Assembly: GCF_006345805.1 (NCBI RefSeq)
Contig: NC_042997.1
Coordinates: forward strand, 13,640,001 to 13,704,000
Direction of reading: 5' to 3'
Length of the DNA: 64,000 nucleotides
From: Octopus sinensis
Lineage: Eukaryota
Position 1 is the stretch's first letter, and each line of letters begins with the position of its first letter. A program made the translations under genes and the position numbers. Positions 25,560 through 38,892 of the stretch are shown piece by piece. A model generated the notes under the pieces. That model saw nothing but the letters and a program-made list of their open reading frames with translations, did not search any database and was not told the origin of the DNA.

Positions 25560-26965
25560 ACTGGTCCGCTTACTGATTATCTTTGTAGTGTGCGAATCAG
25601 TCGGTTGATATCTTTTTCTGAAAGTCCAAGCTTACCCAGACTCATAGTTAGGCATTTACTTACAAAACCAAGTGCCCCAATTATTATTGATATAAATGCA
25701 AATTTGCAAACCAGACGTAGAAACTGGTGGTTTCGAAATAGCTGTCCATTGTTATCTTCCTTCTCTTTGATTGTCAAAGAGATATTTGCATCAACAGGGC
25801 AGCTGACCTCTATGATGGTACATATTTTTTTGTATGTCCCAAACAACAATGTCCGACCTCTTACTTTTACACTAGACAGATGTTTTAACGAGAATGTTCC
25901 ACCAGTATTCCTTGAGCAGGTATTTGTGTACATATTCAATAGGAATTCAAGGGGATTCTATATATTTATTCTAGGACACATTTTTTTCTCGAATGGCATT
26001 GTGTACTGTTTTTGTGACAACGTCGTGTCGCATAGGGAGGTAGTACCTTGATGACATTCTGGGGCATCTGCTTATCATGTGTGTGTTTTCCACAGAAATG
26101 TAACATAATCTATATTTATGGTTGTATCTTCTAAGGTCTTCACTGTCTCTTTTGCTCATTATGTATTTAGTAGCAATCCCTTGCTTTTATATTACAATAC
26201 ATAGCTTACGAAGTGTGATGTGATGTAGCGATCATGAGTCCAAGAGAGGTTTCACTTCATGTCAATGTTACTATCTTCTTTAAGTGCACGAGAAACATAC
26301 CCATGCATAGTCCTTTTTCTTTTTGGTATGCTGAGCGTTTGACTTCCAGGTGTTTCTTGAGGTATGCTTGTCCCACTGATTTGGGGTTTTATGGGAGGTC
26401 ATCTGGAAGTGAGTACTTCCTGAGGAGCTCAATTTCATTATGTAGATATTGCTTCCTTCACTTTTGACTACTAAATTAATGTATTTAATTTTGCTGCTGT
26501 TTTTTACCAAGTGCTGTCTGAGAGAGACTATGCGACATTCGAAGACTATCTGCACTGATCCCAAGCCCCAATATCCTTTATTTCTTCGTAGGTAAAGCAT
26601 GTCGATATCACTATTTTTGCGGAGATTTCCATTTGATGTTAGAATCTTGCGATTTTTAACGTCTATGAATTGGAATTCTTCTATAGAGCAGTCAAGCATC
26701 CCAAATGTTGGAATCAGTACTGAGACTGAAAATGCATTGTGGGATATTGTCTTGTAAGAGGAGGGTTCGGATTGCAATATTTTTCTTAGTTTGATGTAAT
26801 ATTCATGGGTCACTCTATCTTTATTCACAGTACCGTAGTATGATATATTTCCATCAAGGCTAAGGTATTTGTAGCATTCTTTGTGTGGGACAGGAGAGAT
26901 AGTGAGACCATTGATGCTCAGGTTTTGTGTCTGGGAGACTGATTTTCCCCGGTCAATACTTAAGT
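25560..26965 (-). mobile_element. R4/Dong-clade non-LTR retrotransposon, 3' half (pseudogenised)
   Basis: ECYKYLSLDGNISYYGTVNKDRVTHEYY...SDIDMLYLRRNKG; zinc-knuckle remnant YRLC...HMISRC; REL domain CTIIEVSCPVDAN...KEKEDN...IIIGALG. Confidence 0.88.
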
Positions 26966-27798
26966 AAGAACGTTTGTATGTATGCGTATATGTAGGTATG
27001 TGTGAATGTATGTATTAATGCCAAATGTATGAGGAAGGTGTGCTCAATACATGTCTAAGGTGACTAGGGCTGACTTTATATTCTGCCAAGTAATTTCTGC
27101 AGATGCTGTTACTTACGTGCTTATTTGTACATAAAGCTGCTACATACTGAAAACATGTTGTTGGCAGCAGATGAACATTTTGTACTCCTTAAATTCCACA
27201 AGAATTACAATGCCAACACCCCAAACTTATCACATCAGAACTGAGTAATGCAAAACTATCAGGCTTTTGATATGCGACCCGTTCAACCTATCTACCTGAT
27301 TTTTCAGGAATAACTGGCCATATCAAAAAAGTTTAAATGATTCTTTGTTCCAGGACTCCGCATTTCAAAGACAGTGCCTCTCATGCTGTCAAGTTACAAT
27401 CCAATTAAGAATTTTGGACGGTGTTTTACTGCGATCACCGCCCCTTATGCTTTAGAAGGGGTGGACCACTTCAGTTTGGTGAATGTCCCATACATTTACG
27501 CTGACTTCATTTGCATATACCGACATGGTTCTCCTTGTCCAAGTACGATCAGGGTGCGTTTCAAAATAGCCAACTTTTGCAGCAGTTGCCCATGTTCAGG
27601 TAAACACACAAAAGGTAAGAGAGTTTACTTTTGAAGGACTGAGTTTATGAAATGAGAGATTTCATTGCCGTGACAGTGGTAGTGGTGGTGGGAGGGGCGG
27701 GATCGGTCTTCTGTGCTGCAGTGTTGGTTGCGATTGTTGCTGTTGCTGTTGCTGTTATTTTAGCAATTTGTGTTACTTATATCATGCTCTTGGTACCA

Positions 27799-27966
27799 GG
27801 CGGCGAAATGGCAGAATCGTTAGCACGCCAGGAAAAAATGCTTAGCGGCATTTCGCCCTTCTTTATGTTCTGGTTTCATATTCCGCCGGATCCGACTTTG
27901 CCTTTAATCTCTCGGGGCTTGATAAAATAGGTACGAGCTTAACACTGCGATGGTGTAATCGACTTA
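27799..27966 (+). mobile_element. Older SINE family B copy
   Basis: ggcggcgaaatggcagaatcgttagcacgcc...gactttgccttt...gtaatcgactta. Confidence 0.75.
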
Positions 27967-28724
27967 CCAGAACTTGCTGACTCCTGAACTTGCTGACCCT
28001 TTGTCAAAATTTGAAACCAATATCCTGTTGTTGTTGTTGGTGTTGTTGTTGTTGTTACTACTGCTGCAGTAGCTATTGATTATGTTACTATTGCTCTTGC
28101 CACCGTCATTATTCTCATGCGGGTGTTCTCGTGATTCTGGAGTCAGTGACAATGCAGGTTTTCCTTCTCCGACTTCACATTGTGGGCTGCATAACAATAA
28201 CACAAAGATTGCTTCGACTGAAATCTACATATTTCATTTTCCCCACTTCAAACTTGTCACCAACTAGAAATGTCTGAGTGTTTGTGTTTTTAACATTCTT
28301 GCTATATTATTTTTGTTTTGAGGTGATTTTTGGTTCATATTTTTGCTTCTTCTTGTGACTAATACAATATTTCACTTTTCGTCTAGATAAGATACTTTGT
28401 TTTTCTATTATCATATAAATCTTGCAAACATGTATTCATTAATTTTTAAAGGCAACCTGCCACGAAAGATACATTTATAAATAAACCAGTAAGTTTCAAT
28501 ATTTTAATTTAATCATTCTATTATGTAAAAACGTTTCAACTGTAATTCTGTTATCCTTCCGTTTACCTTCCATTTCAAATAATTTCATTGTCGTGCTCTC
28601 GGGCTTTAGGATTTAAAATTAAATTAGAAAAATCTAGTAGTAGCATCTGATATTGTGTGTGTATTTATATATATATATATATAGATATATATGCGTGTGT
28701 TTATGATTGTTAGAGTGCAAGTAT

Positions 28725-28767
<43 letters not shown>

Positions 28768-28802
28768 CATGTATGCATGTATGTATTTATGCGTATGTGT
28801 GC

Positions 28803-28849
<47 letters not shown>

Positions 28850-29299
28850 TGTATGTATATACGTATACAAACACAAATATACACATACATATAAATGCGT
28901 GTATTTAAATTATATATGTGTGTGCGCGAGAGAAAATATGTGCATTTATATCTAGAAAAACACACACACACACACATATGTATGTATATGTATGTATGTA
29001 TATACATGTATATACATTTATATGTCGAAGAGTTGCGTGTGTGTATTTATAGGCACTTTATGCCTCATTGAACATGGCTACAAGTTCAAGATTCCCTAAA
29101 AGCAAAGGAAGGCATCACTTTATTTGGTTTTCTATCTTCTCACTTATTGGAAAATCGAATGTGGTTAATATCTCTCACAATTCAATGTATGTGCATATAA
29201 GGCCTTAAAGTGTAGTTACATCTGGACTTCAAATATGTAGGACTTCATACCTCCAAATTTATAATCACATTTCAAGCGAACTTGAACTGCTCACTTCTT

Positions 29300-29650
29300 A
29301 TAACATAGAATTAGTTCCTTGCATCTAATTGCTGACTCCGACACATGGAGATGATTGTCAATGACCCTCATTGACTTGCCGGGATTCTCGCTCATGATGC
29401 CCTGGACGTGCTGGACAACCTCGACTCTTCACTATGTTTGACATTAGAAAAGGTTTTTTTTGTGTGGTGACGGAAGACACGTTCCCAGGAGCTGGGTATC
29501 AGTTTTTGATTAAAACTTAGGCCAGACGATACTTTAAATGATTGCAATTTTAGGATCGTTGTGATTGTTGATAAAGGCGATGAGAGAATGGTGTGTGCTT
29601 TCACTGCGTGTGTTGAATTCGAACTTTGTGTTGGGGTTGGAAAAGAGAGG
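29300..29650 (-). mobile_element. Mariner-type transposase N-terminal remnant
   Basis: EVVQHVQGIMSENPGKSMRVIDNHLHVSESAIR resembles the second HTH of Tc1/mariner transposases. Confidence 0.5.
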
Positions 29651-30117
29651 TCAATTATGACCCCTAATATTTGTTCTCGGCTATGCATTGACTTTTTTCT
29701 TTCCAACATGTCTCCCTTTCTTTCTGCCCTTCTTTCTTTTTCTATTATTTTCTTCCGTTCAATTCTCCCTTACTTATCTTTTTTACTAGTCTCATCACTT
29801 ATTAAGTGAGGTGAGATAAACCTTCAGATGAAAACTTGCCTTATACCAATTATTCATTTCACTGATATACGAAAATGTACCAATCTTTTCAATAATTTTC
29901 GCCTTTCTACCCGCGAGAGAAGAAACTTTTACATGAAAACTATGATAGTGTGATGTATGTTGCATGTTATTATGTTATAAAACATCAAGCAACTTACGAC
30001 CAGCTGACCTCTAGTAGCTCACTGTGTAACACAGATGCGCACATATTTACACATAGATGCGTAAATGAGAATACACACAAATATATACGTGTGCCTGTGT
30101 ACGTGGCGGTGTACGTG

Positions 30118-30154
<37 letters not shown>

Positions 30155-30709
30155 TTATGTATGCATGTATGTATGAATGTGCGTATGTGTGTATATATAT
30201 ATATATATATATGTATATGCATGAGTGTGTATGTGTCTGTTTCTGTACCTGTGTGGGGGGTATGTGCACGTACGGGAGTGTGTGTATGCATGCCAATGTC
30301 TGTCTGTCTGTTTGTCAGTATGTATGTATGTATACGTATGTTTATTCCAAACATTATTTGAAACGTATCTAAACTATTAAAGATCTAATACACATCCTTT
30401 TGCCTATATTTTACACTATATTTTATTTTTATTAGTTATAAATGATTAATATTCCTGCTCATCCCACCTACCTTCCTTAATTAGAATCAACAATTAATAT
30501 AATTAATCCTCTCTTGGTACCGAGGGAGTTCTATTCATCATATATTTTGGTTCACTGCATTAAGTTGCCGCTGTTATTCATATAACTAAAGTGTTGCAAT
30601 TATCATTCTTCTTAAGTTTATTGCTTCTGGTGGGGGTTTTTTCACCAAGAATACATATATCTGATGAGAAATACAACTTCGTTTTAGTTTAGCTTCAACT
30701 TATACACAA

Positions 30710-30749
<40 letters not shown>

Positions 30750-30801
30750 GTATGTATAATTATATAAATGTGTGTGTGTGTGTGTGTGAGTGTGTGTGTG
30801 T

Positions 30802-31153
<352 letters not shown>

Positions 31154-31524
31154 GATACACTTGTACATATATGTGTGTGTGTGTGTGTGTGCGTGTGCAT
31201 GTCTGTGCGTGCGTGTGTTTATATATATATATATGTATGTATGCCTCTTCATTTTTTCTTGTATTTGCTGTGAAGTTTGAGGAATGTTTTTAGCATGTTT
31301 GGTTGTTAGATGAATTTATCAAATATGATTTTACGTTTCTTGAAATATATCTGTCACTTAGTTTAAAACAAGAAAACGCTTATATTTCACTAACTTTTTG
31401 ATTATGGGTGATTTTGTAAAAAATTAACCAACATCTCTCTTTACGAACTGGAGGGTTACGCGAAGTTTTTCTTTGAATGTAAAACGTATTTGTTGTTGCA
31501 TAGTTTTAAATCTCTAAACACAGT

Positions 31525-31547
31525 AATAATAATTATAACAATCATAA

Positions 31548-31590
<43 letters not shown>

Positions 31591-31594
31591 AATA

Positions 31595-31651
<57 letters not shown>

Positions 31652-31678
31652 ATAATAGTGATAATAATAATGATCATA

Positions 31679-31733
<55 letters not shown>
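31525..31733. repeat. Compound (AAT)n-(ATT)n-(AAT)-(GAT)n microsatellite
   Basis: Read directly; forms the 5' flank of the R4/Dong element. Confidence 0.95.
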
Positions 31734-31734
<1 letters not shown>

Positions 31735-34385
31735 CGGTGGAAATTAAACCAAGAAACGAAAAATGTGAATAAAATTCTTAAATAAATCAGAACAAAAAAC
31801 ATCACAGAAACAAATAATTTGAATAAAGCAACAAATATTGTTGTAGCAGAAAATGTGAGTGTTAACGTCAAGAAAAAGAAACGTAATGGGAGTGACAAAA
31901 GAAAAGATCCACGGTGGAATAGAAGACTACAGGCAGGGTTACATATGCTCTCAAAGGACATTACGGTGTTAGACCGAAAAGATAAGGGGGGGGCTTAAAA
32001 GCGAACAAAAATACAAGGTACTGAAAAGGAAGTATGATATTGAAAGAAAGGTCCTGAAAGTGATAAGGTACATACTGAAACAGCGCCTCGTTGCAAAGAA
32101 AACAAAGATGGTAAAATACAACCAAAGAATGAAGGGTGACCAGCAGAATAGGTAGATGAGAAGATATCCTACAAAGAAGTAAATGGAGAGCGCACAGATG
32201 AAAAGTTGATATTAGATAATAGTGAAAGTCAAGAGTCTTTTAGTGACATCTAGAGCAAAGACATGGAGCACAAGAAGGATGCTGAATGCTTGCAAGAACT
32301 GAAACTAAATGTAGTCTGTCCAAAACAAGCAGAAATATTCATTTCAGTTAGGGAAGTGAAAGAAATCAGTAAAAAGAATGGGCAACTGAAAGGCCCGGGA
32401 GCAAGATGGAGTTCAAGGCTACTGGGTCAAAAGATTTGGTGAATGTCATGCACGAATAGCTGCACAACTCAACACCTTGTTATATGCCGACCAAGTAACA
32501 CCAGAGTGGCTGAAAATAGGTAGGACAGTGCTGTGCTTGAAAAACAACGAAAAAGGTAATACAGTAGACAATTACAGACATATGTGGAAGTTATTGATTG
32601 GAATACTCGCAGAACATCTGGAAAAATATGGAGTCCTCCCCGTGAGCAGAAGGGGTGCAAGCGTAAATGCAGAGGTACCAAGGGTCAACACCTGGTAGTC
32701 AAAACTGTACTTGGAGGCTGCAAGAGGAGGAAGAGTAACTTAGCCACGTCATGGATCGACTATCGTACGTTCTGAGTTCAAATTCCGCCGAGGTCGACTT
32801 TGCCTTTCATCCCTTCGGGGTCGATAAATAAAGTACCAGTTACGCACTGGGGTCGATGTAATCGACTTAATCCCTTTGTCTGTCCTTGTTTGTCCCCTCT
32901 ATGTTTAGCCCCTTGTGGGCAATAAATAAAAAAATAAAAATAAAAATATCGTAAGGCGTACGATATCATCCCACATTCTTGGTTTATGGAGCGTATGAAC
33001 CTATTTGGTATTGCTTCGAATGTTGAGCGATTGCTTGGGAAAATGTATGGTGAATTGGAGGACAGACCTAACAGCATACGGAAGAAGTTTAGGGACAGTA
33101 GAATTTTGAAGGGGCATCTTCCAAGGGAACTGCATTCCCCAACTTATCTTTGTACTGTACTCGACACCACTAACACTGATTTTGAGGAAAGCAAAAGCTG
33201 GGTATGTATTCAAAAGCCGCCAAGAAAAAGTCAACCATTTGTTATTCATGGATGACCTCAAACTATATAGTAAAGTTGAAGCCCAAGTCAGTTGCGTCGT
33301 TGATACGGAGTATACTTTGAGTGCTGATATCAGAATGGAGTTCGGAGTAAGAAAGTGTTGTGTGTTAGTCTTGAAGAGAGCAAAATCAAATATATGGACG
33401 GGGTAACGATACCGTCGGGGGAGGCTATGAAGCAGGTAGAAGAGACAGGCTATAAGTGCCTGGAGATTTTGGAAATGGATAAATTGATGGAAAAAGAAAT
33501 GACAAAAAAATTTAAGGTGGAGTACTTGCGTAGACTGACACTGATACTTAAGTCGAAATTTAACGGACGGAACAAGATTGAAGCTATCAACACCTGGGTG
33601 GTTTCACTCCTTACATATCTAGCAGAGGTAATCGCATGGACAGAAACGCATATGGAGCAAGGGTAATCGCATGGACAGCTTAGACAGAAGCACAAGGATG
33701 TTGCTAACTAGATGTGGGACACTCCACCCAAAACGTGACACAGACAGACTGTATGTACCAAGAAAAAGAGGGGAAGAGGACGTATTGGATGAGAACACAC
33801 CATTAGATCAGAAGAAAACAACATAGCATGTTATTTAAAAGATGCCACAGAACCACTATTATTAGAAATAAGAAGGTCAGGCTTGTATAAGATGTCTGTA
33901 ATGACTAAAAGTCATTTTATCGAAAATAGAAATGCAAAGATCCTATGGGATTTTATGATCCAGTGCGACCATGAGATAGAGAGTAGGAAGCCAGACATAG
34001 TCTTAATTGAGAAAGAAAACAAACTATGCTGGATAATAGGTATAGCATGCCCAGCTGACAAAAAGGTATACGATAAGGAAGAAAGAAAAGTCGAAAGATA
34101 TGACAGGTTAACTTGGGAAGTTAAGCAGTTGTGATCGATGAAAAAGGTCGCAGTAGTACCAAAAATTGTCGGAGCCCTGGGAACAGTGAGCAAAAATCTC
34201 GAGAAGTACGTGGAACAAATAGGGGCTGCAATAAAGGTGGAGCACTTTCAGAAAACAATACTGCTTGGAACCGCTCGAATACTCCGGAAGGTGCTCGAAA
34301 AATAAGAGGTGTTACCTTAATTCACTGGTAGTGAACAGCTGGCACTGTAGTACATCTCCAGCGTTAGAGGCTGTGCAACGGCAAT
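31734..34385 (+). mobile_element. R4/Dong-clade non-LTR retrotransposon (RT plus REL endonuclease, pseudogenised)
   Basis: RT motifs EQKGC, WIDYR|KAYD-IPHSW, NHLLFMDDLKLY, YKCLEI, DRLYVPRKRG; REL KILWDFMIQCDHEIESRKPDIV...IACPAD...ERKVERY; stop at 34303-34305; (AAT)n at the 3' end. Confidence 0.93.
32768..32946 (+). mobile_element. 5'-truncated SINE family B inserted in the LINE RT domain, 7-bp TSD
   Basis: TSD tatcgta at 32761-32767 and 32947-32953; removing the SINE and one TSD copy restores WIDYRKAYDIIPHSW in frame. Confidence 0.95.
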
Positions 34386-34397
34386 AATAATAATAAT

Positions 34398-34769
34398 AAG
34401 AAGAAGAAGAAGAAGAAGAAGGAGAAGAAGAAGAAGAAGAAGAAGAAGAAGAAGAAGAAGAAATAGAAGGAGAAGTAGAAGAAGAAGAAGAAGAAGAAGA
34501 AGAAGAAGAAGAAATAGAAGGAGAAGTAGAAGAAGAAGAAGGAGAAGAAGAGAAGAAGAAGAAGAAGAAAAGAAGGAGAAGTAGAAGAAGAAGAAGAAGA
34601 AGAAGAAGAAGAAATAGAAGGAGAAGTAGAAGAAGAAGAAGAAGAAGAAGAAGAAATAGAAGGAGAAGTAGAAGAAGAAGAAGAAGAAGAAGAAGAAATA
34701 GAAGGAGAAGTAGAAGAAGAAGAAGAAGAAGAAGAAGAAGAAGAAGAGAAGAAGAAGAAGAAGAAGAAG

Positions 34770-34800
<31 letters not shown>
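34398..34800. repeat. (GAA)n then (CAA)n microsatellite with a higher-order unit
   Basis: gaaatagaaggagaagtagaagaa recurs about six times inside (GAA)n. Confidence 0.95.
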
Positions 34801-35148
34801 GTAATAACAGCCAAAACAACAACAGCAAGTGCAGAGCAAAGTTCAAGAAGTAGTTTCAAGGTTATTTGAAGACATTATAGAATATATGTTTAAGTAAGAG
34901 AAAAATATATGAGAAAGTCATTTGCTATTTGTAACTCTTTTCAATTGATAAATCTCAAATCAGAATTGTTGTGGTACTGTTGCAGCTAAAAGGACTTTCA
35001 CAAGGTGAAATTACCCGCTAGAAATCGTACATGAAATTCAAAATCACTCTAGGAACAAATATTATAAACCAAAGAAACTCTTTTAAATATAGCGATGGGG
35101 AACATTGATAAGCATGCAAATACTTTTATGTTGTTGCTTTTATATAAT

Positions 35149-35533
35149 TACTAGCAGTATCGCCCGGCGTTGCTCAGGTTTGTAAGGGAAATAACTATAA
35201 AGCATTTTTAGAGAGTTATAGCCAAAAAATAGCAAAAAAATGGGAAAAAAATGATGGTAAATTTTTTTGAGAGTTAAAAAAGGTGGAGTTGCGTCCCCTA
35301 GACGGTCTGTGGTTTGGGTTTCTGATTCTCGACCCCATGTCGAATTTATCGATTTTTTTCAGAACTGGGGGAACTTTTCAAAATTTTCGCTGCGTTAGTT
35401 TTGAATTATGACATTGGGCTATGTGTGTGTCAAGTTTCCTCAGAATCGGTTGAAAGCCGTGGTCAGAGTGAGGGTACTAGAAAACAGACACACAGAAAAC
35501 GCACAGACAAACTGCCGTTTATATAGAGAGAGA
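35149..35533 (+). mobile_element. Helentron/HINE-like element
   Basis: First about 65 bp nearly identical to 14836; different interior; acagac...gtttatata 3' end. Confidence 0.6.
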
Positions 35534-36353
35534 TTCATTATATAATTATGCATTTATTTTTGTTTGAAAATTCTAAAATCGGACATACATTTTCCATTTA
35601 TGTCATATACGTATCGTATTTTTATTTAGGCGTCACACTTCGCTATTTACTAACCACGTACAATCATACCCTTTTCTCTCCTACTTAACATTAAACGTTT
35701 ACTCTCCTTTCTCATTCAGCCCTCTCCAATTTTTTGTTAGATTTCGCTCTCGAAATTAATAATTACACATTCAACAGACTTCTTCAAGCTGCAAGAATAA
35801 AAAGACAAAACAAAAAAAAAGTGATTCAAAGGAAATGAAGAAAGCAAAACGAATAAGTTTTAACATTAAATTAAACGTTAATGGTTGGATTCTTTTCCTG
35901 TAATTTGGATCTGTTGAAAAATCTTGCAATGGCTGCTGGTAGTAGTCCTCCTCCTATGGTTTCGGATGACATATTCGACTGCCAATGAATATTACGTTGT
36001 TTACGATGAACGCTCGTATAATTTTTGAACGTAATCAAATTAAGAAAAATAATTGAATATTAAGCATTGAATTTAGCGTTAATGTTTAATATTTTACTTT
36101 CCTCTTTCTGTTTTTTATTTTCCTACTACTCATTTTCTCAAACATCTTCAAAAAGTCAGTTGACAAAATCCCGACATAAATTGGAAATCTTTTTTGTGTC
36201 AGTCTTGAGAATATTATTATACATATATAGCATTAATGCCGAACATTATTTCTAACATGACGGTGGCAAACATGTGCATATATATATATATATATATATA
36301 ATATATATATATATAAAAGAATGGAGTTGAACGACGATTTAACAAAATTCCTT

Positions 36354-36432
36354 TCTTCTCGACATATGTTTCGAAGACTGCATATTCTTAATATGGCAGG
36401 GTGTATTATGCCGCCTTCTCATCAGGAAAGAC
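36354..36432 (-). ncRNA. Type-I hammerhead ribozyme with intact catalytic core (family F4)
   Basis: Minus strand: cuuuc-CUGAUGA-GAAGGC...GUCUUC-GAAA-CAUAUG-UC|gaga. 4-bp stem I, 6-bp (extendable) stem II, palindromic ACAUAUGU stem III, GUC site; predicted cut between 36361 and 36360. Confidence 0.75.
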
Positions 36433-36509
36433 AAGGAACTTATGTCAGCATCATGACGAACAAAAACTTTTAGATGACTGCCCACACAGAGTCCATAGTG
36501 ATAATGAGT

Positions 36510-36555
<46 letters not shown>

Positions 36556-37029
36556 GTGCGCATATGCGTGTGCGTGTGTGTTGTGTGTGGTGTGGTGTGC
36601 ATGTGTATATTGTGGCATGTGTGTGTATGTGTATGTGTGCTTCTGTGTGATATGAAGTTCAACAAATAGTATGTCACTTCATCATTTAAAAGAATGAATG
36701 TATCATAGAAAAAAGAATACAAAAATACTTTGAGAAATATATTTCGCAATAAAAACAATAAAAGGGGTTTGTTACTGCGTTAGATTTTATGGAGATTTGG
36801 ACGAGCACCCTAACCCTATCACTACTTTAATACTTCAAATATAACCAGTAGACATACATGCATACATACTTACATACATATATGCATACATACATACATA
36901 CATACATACATACATACATACATACATACATACATACATACATAATACATACATACATATATACATACACACACACATACATACATACACGCCATGATAG
37001 ATCGCTAGCAACTACACATTCTTTATGTT

Positions 37030-37190
37030 CACTCCCCGTTTCATTTTGTGTTCCTATCAGTGGAAGAACGTAGGCTCGAAACGTTAAAGAATTTTTCATT
37101 TCCCGAGCGTTAAACTAATACATCTGTTTGTTTTCCACACCACGTGTCTTCGTCTTTTGCTTTTTTTTTTTGAATTCTCCCTACACACCT
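37030..37190 (+). mobile_element. F1 pseudo-LTR remnant with degenerate hammerhead
   Basis: cagtgga-agaac-gtag-gctc-gaaacgtt-aaag at 37058-37089, followed by the F1 downstream block. Confidence 0.55.
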
Positions 37191-37926
37191 AAAGAAATAT
37201 ATAAATAAATAAATAAATACATACATGCATACATACCTATAGAAGTACGAACACTTTTTTTTAAATATCCTAGTAGTAAGTGTTCAGCCTTAATATATCA
37301 CGATGTAGCATGTATATTTACAATGAATCTACGCGTGCTTCTCACAATAGCTTAAGTAACAATACAATTAATAAATTTTCAATGGCTAATAAAACTTGAT
37401 AAGTATATGTAAGTGCGAATGTATATTTGTATTTTTCTGTTTGTCATAGTTGAATTCTCACATATTTCTCTCACTCCCATTCCTTTTCCCTTCCTCTTTA
37501 TTCTCCCTCTTTTCTCCTCTTTGTTCGTTTGGTGTTATTGTAGGTGTTGTTCTTATTCGCTTATAAATTTCTCTCTGGGAAATATTTGCTGTACAGGCTG
37601 CTACTTGAATATGAATAACTTCCTCTCTTCTCAGTCTGTTAACAGCAAAATCCATCATTTTACCTACTTGTAACTAGAGACCTTCACAACACAAGTGATA
37701 TTATCTTGTAGTTTATGTAATTCTTTATTTTGTGTTCTCTTTATATGTGCCAGCCTACTTAATTTCTCGCTTAGCAATTCTAAATCCCTCACACTAATTT
37801 TATATCTAACTGTGTTTGTCCATCTGTACAATCACGTTTTGAAAGTCATGATGAAATTATAGGTGTAGATTTCATTTTTATATCTCAAGGACTTACTTTA
37901 TTATTGTATGTATATATATTAAAAAA

Positions 37927-38180
37927 ATAAATAAATGCGTCCTTTTAAAGCCTAGCCAGTCTCATGGGCCCGGTTTTCTGGTTTCAAAGGCGTATGTGTT
38001 CCCCGGCTGGACGGGACGCCAGTCCATCGCAGCGTTACTCATTTTTGCCAGCTGAGTGGACTGGAGCAACGTGAAATGAGGTGTTTTGCTCAAGAAGACA
38101 ACGCGTCGCTCGGTCAGGAATCAAAACTACAATCTTACGATCATGATGCTGACTCCCTAACCACTAAGCCACGCGCCTCC
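37927..38180 (-). mobile_element. SINE family C, full length
   Basis: Reverse complement of 30802-31058. Confidence 0.9.
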
Positions 38181-38454
38181 ACATATATATATATGCCACA
38201 GCATGTTAAATAATTCAAGTGTCTTGCCAGTTATTCAAACGATCCTGACTGGATATTAAATGCGATACCACTATCTTCATTCTTTTACTTGTTTTATTTT
38301 ATACTTTGTGTTTGCTGGATTCTCAGTTTCTGTGGAATATTTTGGATTCATTGAATTGCTTGCCCTTTCTATGCCTCCTGTGAGTCTAGAATTCTTACGA
38401 ATTTCATGACGCCCCCCCCCCATTTACTAATACTTACACACACATTTATATATA

Positions 38455-38610
38455 GCTGTAGCTGTGTGGTAAGTAGCTTGCTTACGAACCACATTGTTCC
38501 CGGTTCCGTCCCACTGTGTGCCACCTCGGGCAAGTGTCTTCTACTATAGCCTCGGGCCGACCAACGCCTTGTGAGTGGATTTGGTAGATGGGAACTGAAA
38601 GAAGCCCGTC

Positions 38611-38658
<48 letters not shown>

Positions 38659-38892
38659 GTGTATGTGTGTGTGTATGTGTGCATGTACGTGTGTATTTAT
38701 ATGTTTGTGTGTCTGTGTTTGTCCCCCACCTTCAAAATCGCTTGACAGCCGATGCTGGTGTGTTTACATCTCCATAACTTAGCGGTTCGGCAAAAGATAC
38801 CGATAGAATAAGTACTATGCTTACGAAGAATAAGTCCTGGTGTCGATTTGCTCGACTAAAGGCGGTGCTCCAGCATGGCCATAGTCAAATGA
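38455..38892 (+). mobile_element. SINE family A, tail truncated by the adjacent repeat
   Basis: Head to ...gtcaaatgat, then an abrupt switch at 38893. Confidence 0.9.

Noticed and set aside
34398-34770. Regularly spaced repeats resembling a CRISPR array
   Set aside because: The spacers are just (GAA)n, the context is eukaryotic and there are no cas genes.
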